Positions 1 through 12,000 of a stretch of DNA of 64,000 bases are shown here, piece by piece (the first letter of the stretch is position 1; every line of letters begins with the position of its first letter). Position numbers and translations under genes: made by a program. Under the pieces are notes generated by a model. That model worked only from the letters and a program-made list of their open reading frames with translations. It had not been told where the DNA came from and made no database searches. Origin of the DNA: Bugula neritina (lineage: Eukaryota; Animalia; Bryozoa); contig CAXIUT010000230.1 of the NCBI GenBank assembly GCA_964035545.1, forward strand, positions 1,426,001-1,490,000. Direction: 5' to 3'.

Positions 1-204
1 AAAATACTGCAACATACTTAAACATACGGCAACATACTGAAATATACTGCAACATACTGAAATACACTCTAACATATTGAAATATGCTGTAGCATACTGA
101 AATACACTGCCACACACTGAAGTATACTGTAATATACAGAAATGTACTGTAACATACTGAAACATACGGCAACATACTGAAATGTACTGCAACATACTGA
201 AATA

Positions 205-250
205 TACTCTAAGTGGTGCAACATACTGAAATACACTGTGACACACTGAA
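205..250 (+). repeat. Landmark 9-bp register-shifting unit (aagtggtgcaacatactgaaatacactgtgacacac), first of dozens of copies
   Basis: Seen at about 211, 1388, 2126, 3970, 4997, 5735, 6821, 7698, 8466 and onwards to about 63386 (tagtggtg variant). Each shifts the 10-base column phase by -1. Confidence 0.9.
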
Positions 251-2310
251 ATACACTGCAACACACTTCAACATACTGCAACATACTGAAATACACTGTA
301 ACATATTGAAATACACTGCAACATACTGCAACATACTGAACAACACTGGAACATATTGGAATACACTGCAACACCTTGAAATATACTGCAACACACTGAA
401 ACATACGGCAACATACTGAAATACACTGCAAAATACTGCAACATACTAAAATACACTGTAACATACTGAAATACATTGCAACACATTAAAATATACTGCA
501 ACATACTGAAACATACTGCAACAAACTGAAATACACTGCAACATAGTGAAAACCACCAGAACATTTTGAAATATACTACAACATACTGAATTACTCTCTA
601 ACATACTGAAATATGCTGTAGCATACTGAAATACACTGCAACATACTGAAGTATACTGCAATATACTGAAATGTACTGCAACATACTGAATTATACTGTA
701 ACATACTGAAATGTAATGCAACATACTGATATATACTGCAACATACTGCAACATACTGAAATACACAGTTACATATTGAAATACACTGCGACACATAGAA
801 ATATACTGCAACATACTGAAATATACTGCAATATACTGCAACATACTGAAATAGACTGTGACATACTGAAATACACTGCACAATACTGCAAGAAACTGCA
901 ACATACTGAAATACACTGTAACATATTCAAATACACTGCATCATACTGCAACATACTCACATACACTGGAACATATTCATATACACTGCAACACATTGAA
1001 ATATACTGCAACACACGGAACCATTCGGCAACATACCGAAATACACTGCGACACAGTGAAAAATACGGCAACATACTGAAATATACTGCAAATGATGCAC
1101 GTACTGAAATACAATGTGACACACTGAAATACACTGCAACATACTGCAACATACTGAAATACACTGTAACATATTGAAATACACTGCATGATACTGCAAC
1201 ATACTGAAATACACTGGAACATATTGATATACACTGCAACACATTGAAATCTTCTGTAACATATTGAAACATACCGGAACATACTGCAACGTAATAAAAT
1301 ATAGTGTAACACACTGAAATATACGGCAACATACCGAAATATACTGCGACTCGTTGAAAAATACTGCAACATACTGAAATATACTGCAAGTGGTGCAACA
1401 TACTGAAATACACTGTGACACTCTGAAATACACTGCAACATAATGCAACATACTGTACCATACTGAAAGACACTGTAACATATCGAATTGCACTGCAACA
1501 TACTGCAACATACTGAAATATACTGCAACATACTGCAACATACTGAAATACACTGCAACATACTGAATTACATTGCAACACATTAAAATATACTGCAACA
1601 TACTGAAACATACTGCAACATACTGAAATATACTGCAACATACTGAAATACACTATAACATATTGAAATATACTGCAACATACTGAATTACACTCTAACA
1701 TACTGAAATATGCTATAGCATACTGAAATACACTGCAACACACTGAAGTATACTGTAATACACTGAAATGTAATGCAACATACTGAATTATACTGCAACA
1801 TAGTGCAACATAGTGAAATACACCACAACATACTGCAACATACTGAAATACACTGGAACATTTTGAAATACACTGCGACACATTGAAATACACTGCAACA
1901 TACTGAATTATACTGCAAGATACTGCAACATACTGAATCAGACTGTGACATACTGAAGTACACTGCAACATACTGCAAGATACTGCAACATAATGAAATA
2001 CACTGTAACATACTGAAATACATTGCAACACAGTAAAATATACTGCAACACACTGAAACATACGGCAATATACCGAAATACACTGCGACACCATGAAAAA
2101 TACTGTAAATACTGAAATCTACTGTAAGTGGTGCAACATACTGAAATACACTGGAACATATTGAAATACACTGCGGCAAATTGAATTATACTGCAACACA
2201 CTGAAGTATACTGTAATACACTGAAAAATAATGCAACATGCTGAATTATACTGCAACATACTGCAACATACTGAAATACACTGTAACACACTGAAATATA
2301 CTGCCGCTTA

Positions 2311-2445
2311 CTGCATTATCTTGAATTACACTTGAACATAAAAAAATACACTGCAACACATTGAAATATACTGCGACATACCGAAATGAATGGTAAACTA
2401 GTGAAATATACTGTAACATAATGAAACATACCGGAACATACTGCA
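2311..2445 (+). repeat. Landmark cassette (first of about 50 copies): ...cacttgaacataa...cgaaatgaatggtaaactagtgaaatatactgtaacataatgaaacataccggaacatactgca
   Basis: Hand count of roughly 50 copies, e.g. core at about 2381, 3371, 7078, 8303, 8912, 21708, 23372, 24141, 34731, 42931, 50307, 63642. It stays in 10-bp register, so it consists of diverged monomers. Confidence 0.9.
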
Positions 2446-3819
2446 CCTTTATAAAATGTACTGCAACACACTGAAATATACTGCAAGATACTGAAATATA
2501 CTGTAACATACTGAAACACATGCAACATACTGAAATACGCTGCAACATACTGAAATATACTGCAAGATACTGCAACATACTGAAATACACTATAACACAC
2601 TGAAATACACTGCAACATACTGAAGTACACTGAAATACACTGTAACATATTGGAATACATTGCAAAACATCGAAATATACTGTATAATACTGAAACCCAT
2701 GCAACATACTGAAATACGCTGCAACATACTAAAATATACTGCAACATACTGCAACATCCTAAAATACACTGTAACATACTGAAATACACCACAACATACT
2801 GCAACATACTGAAATACACTGGAACATATTGAATTACACTGCGACACATTGAAATACACTGCAACATACTGAAATATACTGCAAGATACTGCAAAATACT
2901 GAAATACACTGTAACATATTGAAATACTCTGCAACATACTGCGACATACTGAAATAAACTGGAACATATTGGAATACACTGCAACACATTGAAATATACT
3001 GCAACACACCGAAACATACGGCAACATACTGAGATATACTGCGACGCCTTAAAATATACTGCAACATACTGAAATATAATGCAACATACTGCAACATACT
3101 AAAATACACTGTAACATACTGAAATACATTGCAACACCTTAAAATATACTGCAACATGCTGAAACATACTGCAACAAACTGAAATACACTGCAACATACT
3201 AAAAAACACTATAACATATTGAAATATACTGCAACATACTGAATTACTCTCTAACATACTGAAATACACTGTAACATACTCAAATATACTGCAACATACT
3301 GCAACATACTGAAGTACACTTGAACGTAATGAAATACACTGCAACCCATTGATATATACTGCAACATTTCGAAATGAATGGTAAACTAGTGAAATAGAGT
3401 GTAACATAATGAAACATACCGGAACATACTGCAACATAATAAAATATAGTGTAACACACCGAAACATGCGTCAACATACCGAAATATACTGCAACACCTT
3501 GAAAAATACTGCAACATACTTAAACATACGGCAACATACTGAAATATACTGCAACATACTGAAATAGACTGTGACATACTGAAATACACTGCACAATACT
3601 GCAAGAAACTGCAACATACTGAAATACACTGTAACATATTCAAATACACTGCATCATACTGCAACATACTCACATACACTGGAACATATTCATATACACT
3701 GCAACACATTGAAATATACTGCAACATACTTAAACATACTGCAACATACAACCTACTGAAATATTTTGCAACATACTGAAATACATTATAACATATTGAA
3801 ATATACTGCAACATACTGA

Positions 3820-5890
3820 AATACACTATAACATATTGAAATATGCTGTAGCATACTGAAATACACTGCCACACACTGAAGTATACTGTAATATACAGAA
3901 ATGTACTGTAACATACTGAAACATACGGCAACATACTGAAATGTACTGCAACATACTGAAATATACTCTAAGTGGTGCAACATACTGAAATACACTGTGA
4001 CACACTGAAATACACTGCAACACACTGCAACATACTGCAACATACTGAAATACACTGTAACATATTGAAATACACTGCAACATACTGCAACATACTAAAA
4101 TACACTGTAACATACTGAAATACATTGCAACACATTAAAATATACTGCAACATACTGAAACATACTGCAACAAACTGAAATACACTGCAACATAGTGAAA
4201 ACCACTATAACATTTTGAAATATACTACAACATACTGAATTACTCTCTAACATACTGAAATATGCTGTAGCATACTGAAATACACTGCAACATACTGAAG
4301 TATACTGCAATATACTGAAATGTACTGCAACATACTGAATTATACTGTAACATACTGAAATGTAATGCAACATACTGATATATACTGCAACATACTGCAA
4401 CATACTGAAATACACAGTTACATATTGAAATACACTGCGACACATAGAAATATACTGCAACATACTGAAATATACTGCAAGATACTGCAACATACTGAAA
4501 TAGACTGTGACATACTGAAATACACTGCACAATACTGCAAGAAACTGCAACATACTGAAATACACTGTAACATATTCAAATACACTGCATCATACTGCAA
4601 CATACTCACATACACTGGAACATATTCATATACACTGCAACACATTGAAATATACTGCAACACACGGAACCATTCGGCAACATACCGAAATACACTGCGA
4701 CAAAGTGAAAAATATGGCAACATACTGAAATATACTGCAAATGATGCACGTACTGAAATACAATGTGACACACTGAAATACACTGCAACATACTGCAACA
4801 TACTGAAATACAATGTAACATATTGAAATACACTGCATGATACTGCAACATACTGAAATACACTGGAACATATTGATATACACTGCAACACATTGAAATA
4901 TTCTGTAACATAATGAAACATACCGGAACATACTGCAACGTAATAAAATATAGTGTAACACGTTGAAAAATACTGCAACATACTGAAATATACTGCAAGT
5001 GGTGCAACATACTGAAATACACTGTGACACCCTGAAATACACTGCAACATAATGCAACATACTGTACCATACTGAAAGACACTGTAACATATCGAATTAC
5101 ACTGCAACATACTGCAACATACTGAAATATACTGCAACATACTGCAACATACTGAAATACACTGCAACATACTGAATTACATTGCAACACATTAAAATAT
5201 ACTGCAACATACTGAAACATACTGCAACATACTGAAATATACTGCAACATACTGAAATACACTATAACATATTGAAATATACTGCAACATACTGAATTAC
5301 ACTCTAACATACTGAAATATGCTGAAGCATACTAAAATACACTGCAACACACTGAAGTATACTGTAATACACTGAAATGTAATGCAACATACTGAATTTT
5401 ACTGCAACATAGTGCAACATAGTGAAATACACCACAACATACTGCAACATACTGAAATACACTAGAACATTTTGAAATACACTGCGAAACATTGAAATAC
5501 ACTGCAACATACTGAATTATACTGCAAGATACTGCAACATACTGAATCAGACTGTGACATACTGAAGTACACTGCAACATACTGCAAGATACTGCAACAT
5601 AATGAAATACACTGTAACATACTGAAATACATTGCAACACAGTGAAATATACTGCAACACACTGAAACATACGGCAATATACCGAAATACACTGCGACAC
5701 CATGAAGAATACTGTAAATACTGAAATCTACTGTAAGTGGTGCAACATACTGAAATACACTGGAACATATTGAAATACACTGCGGCACATTGAATTATAC
5801 TGCAACACACTGAAGTATACTGTAATACACTGAAATATAATGCAACATGCTGAATTATACTGCAACATACTGCAACATACTGAAATACAC
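3820..5890 (+). repeat. Internal ~2.1-kb paralogue of about 60-2290 within the 9-kb block
   Basis: The offset steps from about 3759 to 3649 (446..916 to 4095..4565) to 3609 (ORF end 2179 to 5788), i.e. 110-bp and 40-bp whole-monomer differences, plus scattered substitutions. Confidence 0.82.
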
Positions 5891-8800
5891 TGTAACATAC
5901 TGAAATATACTGCAACACACTGAAACATACGGCAACATACTGAGATATACTGCGACGCCTTAAAATATACTGACATACTGAAATATAATGCAACATACTG
6001 CAACATACTAAAATACACTGTAACATACTGAAATACACTGCAACATCTTAAAAAATACTGCAACATACTTAAACATACGGCATCATACTGAAATACAATG
6101 CAACATACTGCAACATACTGAAATACACTGTAACATATTGAAATACACTGCATAATACTGCAACATACTGAAATACACTGGAACATATTGATATACACTG
6201 CAACACATTGAAATATTCTGTAGCATAATGAAACATACCGGAACATACTGCACCTTAATAAAATGTACTGTAACACACTGAAATATACTGCAAGATACTG
6301 AAATATACTGTAACATACTGAAACCCATGCAACATACTGAAATACACTGCAACATACTGCAACATACTGAAATACACTGTAACATATCGAATTACACTGC
6401 AACATACTGCAACATAATGAAATATACTGCAACATACTGCAACATACTGAAACATACTGCAACATACTGAAATATACTGCAACATACTGAAGTACACTAT
6501 AGCATATTGAAATATACTGCAACATACTGAATTACACCCTAACATACTGAAACATGCTGTAGCATACTGAAATACACTGCAACACACTGAAGTATACTGT
6601 AATACACTGAAATGTAATGCAACATACTGAGTTATACTGCAACATAGTGCAACATACTGAAATACACCACAACATACTGCAACATACTGAAACCCAATGG
6701 AACATATTGAAATACACTGCGACACTCTGAAATATACTGCAACACACTGAAACATACGGCAACATACCGAAATAAACTGCGACACGTTGAAAATTACTGC
6801 AACATACTGAAATATACTGCAAGTGGTGCAACATACTAAAATACACTATGACACACTGAAATACACTGCAACATACTGCAACATACTGAAATATACTGCG
6901 TCGCATTAAAATACACTGCAACATACTGAAATATACTGCAACATACTGAAATGTAGTGTAATATACAGAAATACACTGTAACATACTGAAATATACTGCC
7001 ACTTAGTGCATTATATTGACTTACACTTGAACATAAAAAAATACACTGCAACACATTGAAATATACTGCGACATACCGAAATGAATGGTAAACTAGTGAA
7101 ATATACTGTAACATAATGAAACATACCGGAACATACTGCACCTTTATAAAATGTACTGCAACACACTGAAATACACTGCAAGATACTGAAATACACTATA
7201 ACACACTGAAATACACTGCAACATACTGAAGTACACTGAAATACACTGTAACATATTGAAATACATTGCAAAACATCGAAATATACTGTATAATACTGAA
7301 ACCCATGCAACATACTGAAATACGCTGCAACATACTAAAATATACTGCAACATACTGCAACATCCTAAAATACACTGTAACATACTGAAATACACCACAA
7401 CATACTGCAACATACTGAAATACACTGGAACATATTGAATTACACTGCGACACATTGAAATACACTGCAACATACTGAAATATACTGCAAGATACTGCAA
7501 CATACTGAAACAGACTGTGACATACTGAAATACACTGCAACGTACTGCAAGATACTGCAACATACTGAAATACACTGGAACATATTGATATACACTGCAA
7601 CACATTGAAATATACTGCAACACACTGAAACATACGGCAATATACCGAAATACACAGCGACACCCTGAAAAATACTGTAAATACTGAAATATACTGTAAG
7701 TGGTGCAACATACTGAAATACACTGTGACACACTGAAATACACTGCAACACACTGCAACATACTGAAATACAATGTAACATATTGAAACATTCTGCAACA
7801 TACTGCAATATACTGAAATACACTGGAACATATTGGATTACACTGCAACACATTGAAATGTACTGCAACACACTGAAACATACGGCAACATACTGAGATA
7901 TACTGCGACGCCTAAAAATATACTGCAATATACTGAAATATAATGCAACATACTGAAATATACTGTAACATAAAGAAATATGCGGTAGCACACTGAAATA
8001 CACTGCAACCAATGAAGTATACTATAATATACTGAAATGTACTGCAACATGCCGAAATATACTGCAACGCATTGAATTACACTGTGACATATTGAAATAT
8101 ACCACAACATACTGAAGTGTAGTGTAATATGCAGAAATGTACTGTAACATACTGATATATACTGTAACACACTGAAATATAGTCTAACATACCGAAATAC
8201 ACTGTAACATACTGAAATATACTGCAACATACTGCAACATACTGAATTACACTTGAACATAATGAAATACACTGCAACACATTGAAATATACTGCAACAT
8301 ATCGAAATGAATGGTAAACTAGTGAAATATACTGTAACATAATGAAACATACCGGAACATACTGCAAAATAACAAAACATATTGCAACACATTGAAATAT
8401 ACGGCAACATACCGAGATATACTGCGACACGTTGAAAAATACTGCAACATACTGAAATATATTGCAAGTGGTGCAACATACTGAAATAAACTGTGACACA
8501 CTGAAATACACTGCAACATACTGCAACATACTGAAATATACTGCAACACATTAAAATATACTGCAACATACTGCAACATACTGCAACATACTGAAATACA
8601 CTGAAATATATCGAAATACACTGCAACATACTGCAACATACTGAAATACACTGGAACATAATGGAATACACTGCAACACATTGAAATATACTGCGACACA
8701 CTGAAACATAAGGTAACACAATGAAGTATACTGCGACACATTAAATTAAACTGCAACACACTGAAATATACTGCAACAGACTGAAATATACTCTAACATA

Positions 8801-9044
8801 CCGAAATACACTGTAACATACTCAAATATACTGCAACATACTGCAACATACTGAAGTACACTTGAACGTAATGAAATACACTGCAACCCATTGATATATA
8901 CTGCAACATATCGAAATGAATGGTAAACTAGTGAAATAGAGTGTAACATAATGAAACATACCGGAACATACTGCAACATAATAAAATATAGTGTAACACA
9001 CTGAAATAAGCGGCAACATACCGAAATACATTGCAACACCTTGA

Positions 9045-12000
9045 AAAATACTGCAACATACTTAAACATACGGCAACATACTGAAATATACTGCAACATA
9101 CTGAAATACACTCTAACATATTGAAATATGCTGTAGCATACTGAAATACACTGCCACACACTGAAGTATACTGTAATATACAGAAATGTACTGTAACATA
9201 CTGAAACATACGGCAACATACTGAAATGTACTGCAACATACTGAAATATACTCTAAGTGGTGCAACATACTGAAATACACTGTGACACACTGAAATACAC
9301 TGCAACACACTTCAACATACTGCAACATACTGAAATACACTGTAACATATTGAAATACACTGCAACATACTGCAACATACTGAACAACACTGGAACATAT
9401 TGGAATACACTGCAACACATTGAAATATACTGCAACACACTGAAACATACGGCAACATACTGAAATACACTGCAAAATACTGCAACATACTAAAATACAC
9501 TGTAACATACTGAAATACATTGCAACACATTAAAATATACTGCAACATACTGAAACATACTGCAACAAACTGAAATACACTGCAACATAGTGAAAACCAC
9601 CATAACATTTTGAAATATACTACAACATACTGAATTACTCTCTAACATACTGAAATATGCTGTAGCATACTGAAATACACTGCAACATACTGAAGTATAC
9701 TGCAATATACTGAAATGTACTGCAACATACTGAATTATACTGTAACATACTGAAATGTAATGCAACATACTGATATATACTGCAACATACTGCAACATAC
9801 TGAAATACACAGTTACATATTGAAATACACTGCGACACATAGAAATATACTGCAACATACTGAAATATACTGCAATATACTGCAACATACTGAAATAGAC
9901 TGTGACATACTGAAATACACTGCACAATACTGCAAGAAACTGCAACATACTGAAATACACTGTAACATATTCAAATACACTGCATCATACTGCAACATAC
10001 TCACATACACTGGAACATATTCATATACACTGCAACACATTGAAATATACTGCAACACACGGAACCATTCGGCAACATACCGAAATACACTGCGACACAG
10101 TGAAAAACACAACAACATACTGAAATATACTGCAAATGATGCACGTACTGAAATACAATGTGACACACTGAAATACACTGCAACATACTGCAACATACTG
10201 AAATACACTGTAACATATTGAAATACACTGCATGATACTGCAACATACTGAAATACACTGGAACATATTGATATACACTGCAACACATTGAAATCTTCTG
10301 TAACATATTGAAACATACCGGAACATACTGCAACGTAATAAAATATAGTGTAACACACTGAAATATACGGCAACATACCGAAATATACTGCGACACGTTG
10401 AAAAATACTGCAACATACTGAAATATACTGCAAGTGGTGCAACATACTGAAATACACTGTGACACTCTGAAATACACTGCAACATAATGCAACATACTGT
10501 ACCATACTGAAAGACACTGTAACATATCGAATTGCACTGCAACATACTGCAACATACTGAAATATACTGCAACATACTGCAACATACTGACATACACTGC
10601 AACATACTGAATTACATTGCAACACATTAAAATATACTGCAACATACTGAAACATACTGCAACATACTGAAATATACTGCAACATACTGAAATACACTAT
10701 AACATATTGAAATATACTGCAACATACTGAATTACACTCTAACATACTGAAATATGCTATAGCATACTGAAATACACTGCAACACACTGAAGTATACTGT
10801 AATACACTGAAATGTAATGCAACATACTGAATTATACTGCAACATAGTGCAACATAGTGAAATACACCACAACATACTGCAACATACTGAAATACACTGG
10901 AACATTTTGAAATACACTGCGACACATTGAAATACACTGCAACATACTGAATTATACTGCAAGATACTGCAACATACTGAATCAGACTGTGACATACTGA
11001 AGTACACTGCAACATACTGCAAGATACTGCAACATAATGAAATACACTGTAACATACTGAAATACATTGCAACACAGTAAAATATACTGCAACACACTGA
11101 AACATACGGCAATATACCGAAATACACTGCGACACCATGAAAAATACTGTAAATACTGAAATCTACTGTAAGTGGTGCAACATACTGAAATACACTGGAA
11201 CATATTGAAATACACTGCGGCAAATTGAATTATACTGCAACACACTGAAGTATACTGTAATACACTGAAAAATAATGCAACATGCTGAATTATACTGCAA
11301 CATACTGCAACATACTGAAATACACTGTAACACACTGAAATATACTGCCGCTTACTGCATTATCTTGAATTACACTTGAACATAAAAAAATACACTGCAA
11401 CACATTGAAATATACTGCGACATACCGAAATGAATGGTAAACTAGTGAAATATACTGTAACATAATGAAACATACCGGAACATACTGCACCTTTATAAAA
11501 TGTACTGCAACACACTGAAATATACTGCAAGATACTGAAATATACTGTAACATACTGAAACACATGCAACATACTGAAATACGCTGCAACATACTGAAAT
11601 ATACTGCAAGATACTGCAACATACTGAAATACACTATAACACACTGAAATACACTGCAACATACTGAAGTACACTGAAATACACTGTAACATATTGGAAT
11701 ACATTGCAAAACATCGAAATATACTGTATAATACTGAAACCCATGCAACATACTGAAATACGCTGCAACATACTAAAATATACTGCAACATACTGAAATA
11801 CACTGGAACATATTGATATACACTGCAACACATTGAAATATTCTGTAGCATAATGAAACATACCGGAACATACTGCACCTTAATAAAATGTACTGTAACA
11901 CACTGAAATATACTGCAAGATACTGAAATATACTGTAACATACTGAAACCCATGCAACATACTGAAATACACTGCAACATACTGCAACATACTGAAATAC

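Larger units (their letters stand above)
1..9044 (+). repeat. Higher-order block, about 9044-bp period, copy 1
   Basis: Near-identical ORFs recur at +9044 (69..476 to 9113..9520; 446..916 to 9490..9960; 769..2094 to 9813..11138). Sequence at 1 (aaaatactgcaacatacttaaacatacggc) matches about 9045. Confidence 0.9.

Noticed and set aside
209-218. Transcription-factor-like motifs (NK2-type AAGTG, forkhead-like GTAAAC, C/EBP-like TTGCAA)
   Set aside because: These are short, imperfect matches with no gene context, and their recurrence follows from duplication.
716-1177. Plus-strand ORFs (ILQHTEIHCNILKYTATYCN repeats) with spaced Cys/His suggesting zinc fingers
   Set aside because: There is no C-x2-4-C-x12-H-x3-5-H spacing or TGEKP linker. 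These are stretches where the B-monomer TGA happens to fall out of frame.
2385-2395. ATGAATGG similarity to human HSat2/3 (GGAAT/CATTC) pentamers
   Set aside because: It is an isolated 8-bp match, not tandem, and the surrounding repeat is unrelated.
3366-3385. atttcgaaatgaatggt as a CENP-B box
   Set aside because: Only TTCG matches; the required A and CGGG of the TTCGnnnnAnnCGGG core are absent.
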